Shown piece by piece: positions 32,341 through 43,043 of a stretch of DNA of 64,000 bases (positions are counted from its first letter, which is position 1; every line of letters begins with the position of its first letter). Origin of the DNA: Chamaesiphon sp. GTDB taxonomy: Bacteria; Cyanobacteriota; Cyanobacteriia; Cyanobacteriales; Chamaesiphonaceae. The notes under the pieces are model-generated. The model ran no database searches, was not told the origin of the DNA, and saw nothing but the letters and a program-made list of their open reading frames with translations. The stretch is taken from assembly GCA_965246715.1 (NCBI GenBank), contig CBDFFH010000052.1, positions 32,001-96,000 of the forward strand. Reading direction: 5' to 3'. The position numbers were made by a program, and so were the translations under genes.

Positions 32341-32862
32341 ATGGAGCAGGTTCCAAGCATTCCACCTGTGATCGATAGCAACCCTAGCGACTATCAAGAC
32401 AGTGGTGTAACTAGCACGGTTGCTATTGCTGGGCATCCATTTCATCCCTTGCTGGTAACATTCCCGATCGCCTTTTTGGTAGGTGCTGCAGGGACAGATA
32501 TCGGTTATTGGCTAACGGGGGATGCGTTCTGGGCGAGAGCATCATTATGGCTGATCGGCTCGGGGTTTATTTCCGGTCTTGTCGCCGCAGCTACTGGCTT
32601 ATCGGACTTCCTGAAAATCGATCGCGTTCGCAAACGTAGCGCTGGATGGCTACACTTATTTGGCAATATCGCTGCGTTAACACTCACCTTAATCAACTGG
32701 TTGTTGCGATTTAACAATCCGGCAGCTGCTGTGTTGCCATTTGGAATTACGCTCTCGATATTAGTAGCAACGATTCTGGGTGTCACTGGTTGGTACGGTG
32801 CCGAACTCGCCTATCGCCATAAAGTTGGCGTTATCGGTAGTAGTAGTCGCTACGAACGCTAG
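32341..32862 (+). CDS. DUF2231 family membrane protein
   Basis: GHPFHP.LV.FPI, G..D, H, GWYG.EL.Y.H.VGV. Confidence 0.85.
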   Translation: MEQVPSIPPVIDSNPSDYQDSGVTSTVAIAGHPFHPLLVTFPIAFLVGAAGTDIGYWLTGDAFWARASLWLIGSGFISGLVAAATGLSDFLKIDRVRKRSAGWLHLFGNIAALTLTLINWLLRFNNPAAAVLPFGITLSILVATILGVTGWYGAELAYRHKVGVIGSSSRYER

Positions 32863-33058
32863 TAGCGATCGATGCTACAATTTGCTGGTTCGTCTACCGA
32901 ATCGGAGCAGATCCGAGCTGGGTTGAGACGAGCCAACTTTCGACGTTGCTGAGACAGGTCGATTTTGGCCTTAAAAAATTGCTTGCGATCGACGATTGCA
33001 AGCCGCCGAGTGCTTTATACCTTGCGGAAATTCTGTTATCTTAAACGATCGCCAGTTC

Positions 33059-33895
33059 ATGAACAACCTCAGCCAACTCCTAGAAGAAAATTACCACGGC
33101 AGAGATCTAGAACAACGCAAACGCTGGTATTCGCCTGCGGCAAAGGCTTATTACCAAGCCAGACCTCGGTATCCCCAGATACTAATCGATCGAGTGGTGG
33201 AGCTAACGCAACTCGACGCTAGTTCATCTATTTTAGAATTAGGCTGTGGCCCCGCGATCGCCACGGTTGATTTTGCCGCATTAGGTTGTCAGTTAGTCGG
33301 AGTCGAACCGAACCCTGACTTTTATCATCTCGCACAACAAGTTTGCCAATCCTACCCCAATGTCCGACTCCAAAACTGCCCCTTTGAAGAATGGGAATTA
33401 CCAGCTCAAAAATTTGATGCGATCTTAGCTGCAACTTCGTTTCATTGGATTTCGCCCAAGATCGGCTATCCTAAAGCAGTCGCAGCTTTACGTCCGGACG
33501 GACAGCTCATCCTGCTATGGAACAAGGAACTCCAGCCGCGATTTGAGGTGTACCAACAGCTATCGGCAGTGTATCAAACCTACGCACCATTCCTAGATCG
33601 CGCCTATGAAGATACTAATACTCAAGTTGCCATTATCGATCGATTAGGACAGATGGCGATTGAGTCTGGTTACTTTCAAGATTTAGTCTCTGAGTGGGTG
33701 GAGGTGAAAGTAAATTACTCGATCGATCGCTATTTATTAGTATTAAATACTTATTCAAATCATTTGAAACTAGGCTCGCTCCAGAAGGAAAAGTTATTCG
33801 ATCGATTGCGACAGGTATTAGCAAAAGATGGCGATAATATAGAGTTATCGTATGTTTCTGCTTTTCAGATCGCCAGACCAAAGCAATCGGTCTAG
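33059..33895 (+). CDS. Class I SAM-dependent methyltransferase
   Basis: Y..ARP.YP, ILELGCG, FD.I.AA.SFHW, L.P.G; start taken at ATG 33059. Confidence 0.9.
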   Translation: MNNLSQLLEENYHGRDLEQRKRWYSPAAKAYYQARPRYPQILIDRVVELTQLDASSSILELGCGPAIATVDFAALGCQLVGVEPNPDFYHLAQQVCQSYPNVRLQNCPFEEWELPAQKFDAILAATSFHWISPKIGYPKAVAALRPDGQLILLWNKELQPRFEVYQQLSAVYQTYAPFLDRAYEDTNTQVAIIDRLGQMAIESGYFQDLVSEWVEVKVNYSIDRYLLVLNTYSNHLKLGSLQKEKLFDRLRQVLAKDGDNIELSYVSAFQIARPKQSV

Positions 33896-34185
33896 ATTTG
33901 CGAGTTTGAGCCGATCTCTATAGAATAGAGCGCAGCCAATGTGTTGGGTGGGTGGTAGATTGCCCCATCCCTAATTTCTTACGTCAAATTGCTCGATCTC
34001 GATCGATTATAAATCGATATTTAGGCGATGTGATATTATTTTCAGTAAGATAATTTACCTGAAAAATACCGCTTCTAAAGTATCTCCAACTAGCACGGAT
34101 TAGCCGTTGTTAATCGAAGGTACTAATGTTTTGCGTCTAGATATTTGGGCAATTGTTCATTCGCTTTATAAATTCACTCAAACTG

Positions 34186-34551
34186 ATGAAATCAAGATCT
34201 ATTATCTCAGCAATCTCGATCGGCTTAGTTGCTAGTTTTAGCACGATCTATGCTGCCACAGCAGAAATCTATAAAACTGACAAGCAAGCAGTAATCGTTA
34301 CTGGCTTAGAACCAAAGAGTACGCACACAGTCCAAACAACTACCGCCAAAGGTAAAAGTAATACTAGGAAACAAAAAGCCGCAAATTCTTGTGGGGAGTT
34401 ATTAATTACCAGTGGGGCCAAGTATCCAACGCTCTTAGTCGATACTCAGACGATTACCACCAGTAGTTTGTCTACCAAAGTACATGCTGCTTGTAAGGCT
34501 CCTAAAAAGACTAAAGTATCTACAACTTCATCAACAACTACCAATCCATAA
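34186..34551 (+). CDS. Secreted hypothetical protein
   Basis: MKSR-hydrophobic-ATA signal peptide; two Cys; Thr/Lys-rich. Confidence 0.7.
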   Translation: MKSRSIISAISIGLVASFSTIYAATAEIYKTDKQAVIVTGLEPKSTHTVQTTTAKGKSNTRKQKAANSCGELLITSGAKYPTLLVDTQTITTSSLSTKVHAACKAPKKTKVSTTSSTTTNP

Positions 34552-34574
34552 TAATTAACTCTCGATCGTTAATT

Positions 34575-34715
34575 AACCCAAGTTGCCACCTACACTCAAA
34601 GTGGTTAAAACCACTCCTCGTGATGCAAAGTCCGCCTTCGCGGACTGAATATCCTAGTCCGCGAAGGCGGACTTTGTATCATTAGCCGCGACTTCAGTCG
34701 CAGGCAAGGAATAGT
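34575..34715 (+). mobile_element. MITE family A copy 2 (right TIR lost)
   Basis: aacccaagttgccacc left end preceded by AATT; same gcaaagtccgccttcgcggact hairpin. Confidence 0.8.
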
Positions 34716-34811
34716 TTGATTGTGTAGGCGAGACTTCCAGTCACCAGCCATACAAGTTTTGTAAGTCAATTAGCTCAAGCATTTTGCAACGCGACAGTTA
34801 GTGCTTCAAGC

Positions 34812-35363
34812 TTAATCGGTTGAGATGGCGGGTGTTTTTAATACCGTTGGAATCGCCTCAAAAATTCGATCGACAATTTCTTGCGGCGAGAGCGGAGATC
34901 TAATCGGAATTCGTAAGTCGGCAGCGGCATAGCGATCGCGCCGAACTGACAACAGCTGCTCTAATGTAGAATAAAGTTCGCCTGGGGTATCGAGCAGGGG
35001 GCGACTATCATCATCTTGCAACCGTTGGACAAGCAAATCGATCGAAGCATCCAGCCAGATGACTAAGCCTTGCTGTAAGTGATTCCAATTTTCTAGCTTA
35101 GTTATAATCCCCCCTCCAGTGGAGACGATTAGCCGCGTGTAAGCAGAGATGTCTGCTAATACCTGGGATTCGAGCTGCCGAAATTTAGTCTCCCCTGCGG
35201 TTTGAAAAATTTCCTTGACACTTTGACCGACGATTTTTTCGATCGTGGCATCGGTATCTAAAAATCGGTACTCGGGATGTTCCGCGAGTAATTTCCCGAT
35301 GGTGGTTTTACCCGAACCCGGCATCCCAATGAGATAAATGTTTAGTCCTTGGATATCAAACAT
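34812..35363 (-). CDS. aroK: Shikimate kinase
   Basis: IYLIGMPGSGKTT, D.D, FRQLE, STGGG, RPLL. Confidence 0.96.
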   Translation of the reverse strand: MFDIQGLNIYLIGMPGSGKTTIGKLLAEHPEYRFLDTDATIEKIVGQSVKEIFQTAGETKFRQLESQVLADISAYTRLIVSTGGGIITKLENWNHLQQGLVIWLDASIDLLVQRLQDDDSRPLLDTPGELYSTLEQLLSVRRDRYAAADLRIPIRSPLSPQEIVDRIFEAIPTVLKTPAISTD

Positions 35364-35402
35364 AGTTATTAGTGACTGATGGTTAGTCACTGGCACGATC
35401 GA

Positions 35403-35585
35403 TTATTTTTTGGTGGGGTCTACTACTTCCAGTTCGGACAGGCGGAATGTCACCATTTTGTCCCAATTGCCACCTTCAAAGATCACCGCAGCTTTCCCAT
35501 CGGTAACACGCTGGACGAATCCTTGGAAGCCAAAATAAATGTCGTTGCTATTTTTGACGCGAATGGTCGAACCAGGCAAAATCAT
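35403..35585 (-). CDS. ndhS: NDH-1 subunit S
   Basis: [32 protein letters not shown]. Confidence 0.93.
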   Translation of the reverse strand: MILPGSTIRVKNSNDIYFGFQGFVQRVTDGKAAVIFEGGNWDKMVTFRLSELEVVDPTKK

Positions 35586-35681
35586 AAGGCGATCGCACTC
35601 AACACTTGGGACTAAAATCTAGTTTATCTTAATTCGTCATGCTCCTGGCGATCGTTCCTGGTCGATCTTGCTGTTACTCTG

Positions 35682-36626
35682 TTACTGCACGCTGGCAATG
35701 ACAGTGCGATGACGTGGAGTATTGGCAGTAATCGTCGGAGCTTGAAATCCAGCATCGATCAGTGCTTGGGCGATATCTAGCGTGAAATAGCGATCGAGAT
35801 ATGGTTCGGTACTTTTGAGCAATGTCAAAATGTAGGGTGCCATTTGACGGTAGATTTCTGACTGGGGATTCATATCCATGATGGCGATATGTCCGCCTGG
35901 TTTGAGCAAGCGTTTGGCTTCTTGGAAAATCTCGCGGGTTGCTGTCTGCGGTAGCTCGTGACAGATCAAAAATAGCGATACCAAATCGTAACTCGCAGCA
36001 GGTAATCCGGTTGCTTCGCCTGTAGCGTGAACCCAATCGATATTTTGAGTGTGGTTTTGCTCAGCGCGATAATTTGCCACTGTGAGAAAGTATGGGGATA
36101 AATCCACCCCGGTTAGATGTGCCTGTGGATAAACTTCTTGGAGCGCCAGCGTACTCATCCCGACGCTACAACCGATATCGACGATCGAGCGTGGGGGTGT
36201 AGGGATAGCTTGGGTAATCAGATCGTGATAGCTTTGGCGCAGGCGAGCATCTCCCGATCTGCCAGTTTCGGCAAAGATTTTGGCATGGACGGAATAAGCC
36301 GCCACTTCGACTTCCATTGCTGCATCCCAGCTCATATTGCCTCGATCGTAAGCATGAAACGAGGTGAGGTAGTAATCGGGATACTTGAGATCGGGGTTGG
36401 CAATCTGGGCTAAATCTGCCTCCCATTGTGGTGAAAATGCCGCCTCACCGCCGCGCGATCGCAAAAACTTCACATCATCCCGCCACGCCACACCGATCGC
36501 TTCAGCCCGTTTGATAATCAATCCGCGCGCACGCTCTTTGGCAAATTTTGCGAGCGGGGGGATGGACAGGAGACTATTTACCAATTGGCTGACGATGCGG
36601 TCGGTTGGATTGATGGTAGCTGTCAT
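35682..36626 (-). CDS. Class I SAM-dependent methyltransferase
   Basis: YPDYY...FHAY..GN, DIGCSVG, LKSTEPYL; start ATG 36626 (the longer ORF extension comes from the MITE). Confidence 0.9.
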   Translation of the reverse strand: MTATINPTDRIVSQLVNSLLSIPPLAKFAKERARGLIIKRAEAIGVAWRDDVKFLRSRGGEAAFSPQWEADLAQIANPDLKYPDYYLTSFHAYDRGNMSWDAAMEVEVAAYSVHAKIFAETGRSGDARLRQSYHDLITQAIPTPPRSIVDIGCSVGMSTLALQEVYPQAHLTGVDLSPYFLTVANYRAEQNHTQNIDWVHATGEATGLPAASYDLVSLFLICHELPQTATREIFQEAKRLLKPGGHIAIMDMNPQSEIYRQMAPYILTLLKSTEPYLDRYFTLDIAQALIDAGFQAPTITANTPRHRTVIASVQ

Positions 36627-36670
36627 AATTGCAGAGTCGATCGAATTTTTGCTGTTGACTTCTATTGTAT

Positions 36671-36825
36671 AACCCAAGTTGCTACCCATAACCCCAGCGG
36701 TTAGAAACCGCCGCTCGGAGTGCAAAGTCCGCCTTCGCGGACTAATAATTCAGTCCGCGAAGGCGGACTTCGCATCATTAGCCGCGACTTCAGTCGCAGG
36801 CAAGAAATAGGTAGCAACTTGGGTT
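36671..36825 (+). mobile_element. MITE family A copy 3 (155 bp, complete)
   Basis: Perfect 16-bp TIR AACCCAAGTTGCTACC/GGTAGCAACTTGGGTT and GTAT target duplication. Confidence 0.9.
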
Positions 36826-36954
36826 GTATAGTTGCCTAGCCCCAATCCCCTCGGTGCGATCGATCTCCATCGTTGTCTGGGCATAATCATAAATAGATAA
36901 TCTCCCTAACCAATTAGCCGCCAGCGATTGAATGCCGCTAATCGACAACAATAA

Positions 36955-37713
36955 ATGACCGAATTCATCCAGATTGGTGATTTTCAAGTACCCCAGGCGG
37001 AATTATTTCCGCTGCTGGGGAAATACCAACTTTTGCCCGCTGTAATGCGCGAACTGACGATCGATCTGGCGATTGAGGCGATCGAGTGTAATGCTGATGA
37101 AACCAGCTCGGCGCTCGAACGATTCGGCGAGCGTTACCAACTGACATCGATCGAGCAGATCCAGCAGTGGGGTATCCTACAAGGATTAAATTCACTGCAA
37201 CTGGAACAGATTGCAATTCGCCAGCTAAAAATCGAGAAATTTAAACAGCAAACTTGGGGCACAAAGATCGCATCCTATTTTCTCAAACGCAAAGGACAAC
37301 TCGATAAAGCAGTTTATTCATTGATTCGGACGAGTAATATCGGGATCGCCCAAGAAATCTATTTTCGGACGATCGATGGCGAACAAACTTTTGCCGAAGC
37401 TGCTAGTAAATACTCAGAAGGGATCGAGGCGCACACTGGCGGATCGATCGGCCCAGTCGAACTTAGCGTCCCACATCCAGCGATTGCCAAATTAATTGCC
37501 ACCCAGCCACTCGGCCAAATTTGCCCGCCGCTGCAGATCGATCGGTGGTATGCGATCGTCCGTCCCGATCGACTGATTCCCGCCCAACTGGATGCAGCCA
37601 TGCGTCAACGTTTGCTCGACGAACTCTTCCAAATTTGGGTGGAAGAGCAAATCCGCGTAACCAATCTCCCAGTTTCGGCATCACCTGCGGTCACAGTACC
37701 GCTACGATTGTAA
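36955..37713 (+). CDS. PpiC/parvulin-type peptidyl-prolyl isomerase
   Basis: A.E.YFR...GE.TFAE.A..YS.G.E...GG.IGP; precedes the T1SS genes. Confidence 0.88.
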   Translation: MTEFIQIGDFQVPQAELFPLLGKYQLLPAVMRELTIDLAIEAIECNADETSSALERFGERYQLTSIEQIQQWGILQGLNSLQLEQIAIRQLKIEKFKQQTWGTKIASYFLKRKGQLDKAVYSLIRTSNIGIAQEIYFRTIDGEQTFAEAASKYSEGIEAHTGGSIGPVELSVPHPAIAKLIATQPLGQICPPLQIDRWYAIVRPDRLIPAQLDAAMRQRLLDELFQIWVEEQIRVTNLPVSASPAVTVPLRL

Positions 37714-37951
37714 AATGGCAGTTTACGCGATCGGATCTCATCGTTCGTTCGGCTGTTGCGATTTGCAACACATCTATTTTCTAAACCCAGACAATTTTTA
37801 GTCGATTTCGCTAGGTGTGATGAAATTATCTCAGTAATTGTATCTAAATCGCAGACAATCGATCGAAAGTGCGATATTATATCACCAATTTGGAGTACGA
37901 GTGAGACAAAGTTATCTTTGAGACTATTTGGAATTTTAGATTACGTACACT

Positions 37952-37972
37952 AGTCCCCAGTCCCCAGTCCCC
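37952..37972. repeat. Heptamer tandem repeat (AGTCCCC)x3
   Basis: Seen directly. Confidence 0.85.
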
Positions 37973-37978
37973 GCAACG

Positions 37979-40900
37979 ATGACTTCTACCTACACTAAAA
38001 TCTACGATTTCTTTGCTAGTCTGTTACCCTTTGCGCAATTGCCAAAGGAGGATCTGACCGAATTATCCGAGCGATCGCAGTTTATTCGCTATCGGATGGG
38101 TCAAACGGTGCTGATGCGGGAGCAGATGCCCGCCCAGATTATTATTGTGTTCTCTGGTCAAGTGCGACTGTTGGGGTACAATCCCCAAAACCAGATGCCA
38201 ACTACGCTGCAACTGTTGGAAAAAGGGGAAATTATCGGCTGGGCTGGGGTAGTGCGCAAGCGAGCTTGCGAAACTGCAATCGCCTCGACGGAAGCAGTCT
38301 GTATTAATGTGCCTGTTGCTTATTTCCAGCAGTTAGTCGATCGCACGCCGCAATTAGAGGCATTGTTCTATCATGGTACGCCCCTAATCGAGGTTTACGA
38401 TCTACTAGCGCAGCACCTCCAAGACCGCCCCGATGGGGATGCTTTGCTAAGATCGTTTGGTGCCGAAGATCTCCGCGAACTCGCGCTCAAATTATCGCCC
38501 CAAACGACGATTCGCAATCTGGAACCGGGGAGAATTCGCATTGCCGATCTCGATCCGCAACGCAGTTGGTTTGTTAGTAATGGTCGGATTGAGGATTTTC
38601 CGATCGGGAGTGCGATCGAACCTTATGTCTACTCACCTGATAAACTTTTAGAAATTGTCAAGCCCGATCGCGCCAGGTTGGTTGGCGTTCCACTGTTGGA
38701 GGTTTACGATGCAATTACGGGCGAACTGAGTTCGAGTTTTGCAACCGAAACGAGTAGCTTTGCACCGACACAACTGGGGATTCCTTATGCACCCGACGTA
38801 CCAGTGGCGGTCGAGACAACAGGAGATCGGCCACAGCAGCACCGGAAGGTCAAATATCCGATTTTCAAGGGTAGAGGCCCGCTAGATGGATCGATCGCTT
38901 GCTTTAAGATGCTGTGTAAGTACATGCAAGTGCCGTTTCGACCGGATGTTGTCGGAAGGTTACTTAAAAATCAAATCAATAGCACGGGTAGCGCACCACT
39001 ACAATTATGTGGGGCGATCGCTGAAATGCTCGGGATCAATTCCCAAATGGTCAAGATTCCGACAGAATCGCTCGCCAAGCTGCAAGCACCATTAATGATT
39101 GCTTGGCAAGATAGTTTTGCGATCGTCTATGAAATTACCCCCAAAGAACTGACGCTTGGCACTCCTGAATCCGGATTGCGCCGCTTTAAAACCGAGGCTT
39201 TTGCTGAAACCTGGGGCGAAGGCGGCGAGGTATTATTGCTCCAACGCAGCAACGATGCGCCGAAAGAAAAGTTTGGCATTCGCTGGTTTATTCCCGCCAT
39301 TCAAAAGCATAAGCGCGTCCTGATCGAAGTGTTGATTGCGTCGCTGTTCGTGCAGATCTTCGGACTGGCGAACCCGTTACTGACACAGCTAATTATCGAC
39401 AAAGTAATCGGTAATAATAGCGTGACTACGCTCAATACCTTTGGATCGCTATTAGTAATCCTTGCAGTGGTCGAAGGGATTTTGACCACGCTGCGAACGA
39501 ATCTATTCGTCGATACCACCAACCGGATCGATCTCAGCCTCGGTGCCGAGATTATCGACCACTTATTCCGTCTCCCGCTCAAATATTTCGAGCGTCGTCC
39601 CGTTGGGGAACTCGCAACACGGATCAACGAGCTAGAAAATATCCGTCAATTTTTAACTGGGACGGCGCTAACTGTCGTACTCGATGCGATCTTCTCGGTA
39701 ATCTATATCGCGGTCATGATCGCCTATAGTTGGTTGCTGACGATCGTGGCACTGGCAACTTTACCCGCCTTCGTCTTGCTAACTTGGATCGTATCGCCGA
39801 TCGTGCGCGGCCAATTGCGCACCAAAGCCGAACGCAATGCCGAATCACAATCATATCTCGTCGAAGTTATGGGTGGGATTCAAACCATCAAAGCGCAGAA
39901 TATCGAATTGCGATCGCGGTGGCAATGGCAGACTAAATACGCTCGCTATGTCAGTGCTGGGTTTAAGACGGCAATTACTTCGACTACCGCCGGATCGATT
40001 AGCGGCTTTCTCAACAAACTTTCTGGATTGCTATTACTCTGGGTCGGGACTTATTTAGTCTTAGACAAACAACTCACTTTGGGCGAATTAATTGCCTTCC
40101 GGATTATCGCTGGTTATACCACTCAGCCGCTGCTGCGCTTGGTACAACTATGGCAAAACTTCCAAGAAACCGCCCTATCACTCGAACGGTTGAGCGATAT
40201 CCTCGACACTCCTCAGGAAGTGGACGAAAATAACATCAACAACATCACCATGCCGCTAATTGAGGGGCATGTCAAAATCGAAAATCTCACCTTTAGTTTT
40301 CCCGGTACCGGTGTCAACCAACTGAATAATATCAATGCGGAATTTGCCGCCGGACAATTCGTTGGGATCGTCGGCTTGAGCGGCTCGGGTAAAAGTACTT
40401 TAATGAAGCTAATTCCGCGCTTGTATGAGATTAATTCGGGGCGGATCGTCATCGACAAATACGATATTACCAAAACCGAACTCTACTCCTATCGTCAACA
40501 AATTGGGATGGTGTTGCAGGATACGCTGTTATTTAGTGGCTCGATTCAAGAAAATATCGCCCTAACTAATCCCGATGCGACATCGGAAGATATTATTGCA
40601 GCGGCTAAAGTGGCAGCGGCACATGACTTCATCATGGAGCTACCGAATGGTTATAACACCAGAGTTGGCGAGCGGGGTGCGGCACTTTCTGGCGGCCAGC
40701 GCCAACGGGTCGCGATCGCGCGCACCGTATTACAAAAGCCGCGCATGTTGATTCTCGATGAAGCAACCAGTGCCCTCGACTACGATAGCGAACGCCAAGT
40801 CTGCTACAATCTCGCCGAAACATTCAAACATCAGACCGTGTTTTTTATTACCCACCGGTTGAGTGCGATTAAGAGTGCGGATGTCATCCTGATGATGGAT

Positions 40901-40996
40901 AAAGGTTCGATCGTCGAACAAGGTACTCATGCTGAATTAATGGCCTTGCAGGGTCGTTATTACTGTCTCTATCAGCAACAAGAATCTCAGGTTTAG
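37979..40996 (+). CDS. Type I secretion ABC transporter (HlyB-like) with cNMP-binding and C39-like domains
   Basis: N-terminal cNMP-like domain (SGQVRL..GEIIGW), C39-like DGSIAC, TM domain, GLSGSGKST, LSGGQRQR, LDEATSALD. Confidence 0.95.
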   Translation: MTSTYTKIYDFFASLLPFAQLPKEDLTELSERSQFIRYRMGQTVLMREQMPAQIIIVFSGQVRLLGYNPQNQMPTTLQLLEKGEIIGWAGVVRKRACETAIASTEAVCINVPVAYFQQLVDRTPQLEALFYHGTPLIEVYDLLAQHLQDRPDGDALLRSFGAEDLRELALKLSPQTTIRNLEPGRIRIADLDPQRSWFVSNGRIEDFPIGSAIEPYVYSPDKLLEIVKPDRARLVGVPLLEVYDAITGELSSSFATETSSFAPTQLGIPYAPDVPVAVETTGDRPQQHRKVKYPIFKGRGPLDGSIACFKMLCKYMQVPFRPDVVGRLLKNQINSTGSAPLQLCGAIAEMLGINSQMVKIPTESLAKLQAPLMIAWQDSFAIVYEITPKELTLGTPESGLRRFKTEAFAETWGEGGEVLLLQRSNDAPKEKFGIRWFIPAIQKHKRVLIEVLIASLFVQIFGLANPLLTQLIIDKVIGNNSVTTLNTFGSLLVILAVVEGILTTLRTNLFVDTTNRIDLSLGAEIIDHLFRLPLKYFERRPVGELATRINELENIRQFLTGTALTVVLDAIFSVIYIAVMIAYSWLLTIVALATLPAFVLLTWIVSPIVRGQLRTKAERNAESQSYLVEVMGGIQTIKAQNIELRSRWQWQTKYARYVSAGFKTAITSTTAGSISGFLNKLSGLLLLWVGTYLVLDKQLTLGELIAFRIIAGYTTQPLLRLVQLWQNFQETALSLERLSDILDTPQEVDENNINNITMPLIEGHVKIENLTFSFPGTGVNQLNNINAEFAAGQFVGIVGLSGSGKSTLMKLIPRLYEINSGRIVIDKYDITKTELYSYRQQIGMVLQDTLLFSGSIQENIALTNPDATSEDIIAAAKVAAAHDFIMELPNGYNTRVGERGAALSGGQRQRVAIARTVLQKPRMLILDEATSALDYDSERQVCYNLAETFKHQTVFFITHRLSAIKSADVILMMDKGSIVEQGTHAELMALQGRYYCLYQQQESQV

Positions 40997-41029
40997 TGAG
41001 CAGTGAACAGTGAACAGTGAACAGTCAAC
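40995..41029. repeat. Heptamer tandem repeat (AGTGAAC)-like x5
   Basis: Seen directly; begins at the stop codon. Confidence 0.85.
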
Positions 41030-41095
41030 GGTGGATAGGGGATAGGTGGCGAGATATTCAGTTTGAATTTTAAAACTCATTAATAATTAAAAAAG

Positions 41096-42904
41096 ATGTT
41101 AAATACTTCAAATCCAGATCCTAACGATAAGACTCCGCAAGATCGGAGCAAAGTTGCCAAACGGAAAATCACTGCCGAACCGACACCACGCCAGATTCAG
41201 CAGCCGATTAATGAGACTTATCAACCCGAAGAATTCGGTCAAGCGGTAGTATTCCAACAATCGCGCGGCTGGTCGAGAGGCATTATTTGGACGATTATGG
41301 GGGTTACGACTGGTTTGGTCGCCTGGGCTTGTTTTGCCCCCCTCGAAGAAGCAGTTCCCGCTACTGGTAAGCTCGAACCGATCGGTAAAGTTAAAGATGT
41401 TCAGGTACCAGTAGCTGGGGTCGTCAAAGAGGTAGCGATTAAGGATGGCGATAAAGTTACTAAAGGTCAAAAACTGTTGAGTTTAGAATCGACAGTTTCC
41501 AAAGGTCAACTGGCATCGCTCGAAAATAATCTCGCCTCGATGACTGCGGAAACGAAGTTTTATCATAGCTTGCTCGGTCAAGGCATTGGCACCGTCAGTC
41601 CCCAAGATTTAGCCAAGCTAAACGTGCGTCCCGAAATTCTCGCACTGACCAAGAGCCGCAGTTCGATCCTGGCCGAAAACCAACTCTATCGTGCCGAACT
41701 CAATAACACGACCTTAGCCAATCTCACTCCCGAACAAACTCAAAGACTCCAATCTAGTCGCGCCGAACTGAGTTCGCGGCTGAGTTCCGGTAAATTAGAA
41801 ATCGACCAAGCTAACAACCAAATGCGGGAAAACCGCAACAAGCGATCGGGAATAGATACATTACTTACTAACTCTCAAGCGACGATCGCAAATATTCAAG
41901 CCAAAGCCACAGCTAAAGAATCGCAACTTGCCGCGCAAATGGCTGAAAATCGGACCCAACGCAAAAATTCGCAAGACTTATTAGCTAGCAACCAAGGGAT
42001 CCTCAATAGCTTGAAACCGGCTGTCGAAGCTGGCGCACTATCGCGCAACCAAGCGATCAAACAACAAGAAGAAGTTACTACCCGCAGTAGTGAAGTAGCT
42101 CAACTTAACGATCGATACAGTAAGTTAGAACAAGATCTTCAGGAAATAAAGGCTACTTCCCGCTTAGAAATTCAAACCCAGCAACAACAAATCGCCCAAT
42201 ACAAAAATGAGATCGCGCAACTAGACCAAGAATACAACCGTCTGGGCATGGCGACAAGTCAGAGTCGAGAGAAGCTCAAAAATAGCTTCCAGACATCTCG
42301 GAAAGATCTACTGGCGAAAATTTCAGTTAATGACAAACAAATTGCCGAAATTGACGGACAACTCAATAAATCGATCGTCGAGATCGATCGCAAAGTTGCC
42401 GAGCTAAATAGTCAGATCGCTCAAGCAAAACAAAATCTCAAGTATCAAGATATCTATGCACCCGCCAGCGGTACGGTATTCGAACTCAAAGCTGGAACGC
42501 CAGGTTTCGTCGCCAATGTGAGCGAGCCAATTTTGAAGATCGTCCCTGATAATACGCTGAATGCAAAAGTCTATATTACCAATAAAGATATCGGGTTTGT
42601 AAAAGTGGGCATGCCTGTCGATGTGCGGATCGATTCCTTCCCATATAGCGAATATGGCGATGTTAAAGGGAAGATCGTGTCGATCGGTTCTGATGCTTTA
42701 CCAGTCGATCAAACGCATCCCTACGAGCGTTTTCCGGCCACGATCGAGCTGAAAAATCAGAATCTAGTGATTAAAGGTCAACCCAAAACACTCCAATCCG
42801 GTTATGCAGTCAGTGTCAATATCAAAGTCCGCGAGCGGACGGTGATGAGTCTGATGACTGACATGATTATGAAGCAAGGAGACGGCCTCAAAACTGTCCG
42901 CTAA
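41096..42904 (+). CDS. HlyD family membrane fusion protein
   Basis: TM, ATGKLEP, long coiled coil, APASGTV, DIGFVKVG, FPYSEYG. Confidence 0.95.
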   Translation: MLNTSNPDPNDKTPQDRSKVAKRKITAEPTPRQIQQPINETYQPEEFGQAVVFQQSRGWSRGIIWTIMGVTTGLVAWACFAPLEEAVPATGKLEPIGKVKDVQVPVAGVVKEVAIKDGDKVTKGQKLLSLESTVSKGQLASLENNLASMTAETKFYHSLLGQGIGTVSPQDLAKLNVRPEILALTKSRSSILAENQLYRAELNNTTLANLTPEQTQRLQSSRAELSSRLSSGKLEIDQANNQMRENRNKRSGIDTLLTNSQATIANIQAKATAKESQLAAQMAENRTQRKNSQDLLASNQGILNSLKPAVEAGALSRNQAIKQQEEVTTRSSEVAQLNDRYSKLEQDLQEIKATSRLEIQTQQQQIAQYKNEIAQLDQEYNRLGMATSQSREKLKNSFQTSRKDLLAKISVNDKQIAEIDGQLNKSIVEIDRKVAELNSQIAQAKQNLKYQDIYAPASGTVFELKAGTPGFVANVSEPILKIVPDNTLNAKVYITNKDIGFVKVGMPVDVRIDSFPYSEYGDVKGKIVSIGSDALPVDQTHPYERFPATIELKNQNLVIKGQPKTLQSGYAVSVNIKVRERTVMSLMTDMIMKQGDGLKTVR

Positions 42905-43043
42905 CGTTCCGTAGCTCGATGGCAGGCGTGTTACCATCGAGTGTCCAAATCCGCTGCTCCAAGGGCGAGGTTGCATCACCGAAAACTCCTACCGCAAGTT
43001 ACTAGACATACCGCTATTGGATGTGTTATCTTAGTTAAGTTGC

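Noticed and set aside
35403..35585. Calling this gene ndhO
   Set aside because: The VQRV.DGKAAV.FE.GNWDK motif is the NdhS signature.
36627..36725. N-terminal extension of the 35682..36725 methyltransferase ORF
   Set aside because: The extension starts inside MITE copy 3; ATG 36626 is the more plausible start.
37979..40996. Dedicated peptidase/exporter for the 9807 precursor
   Set aside because: It is 25 kb away and the C39 catalytic Cys appears to be absent.
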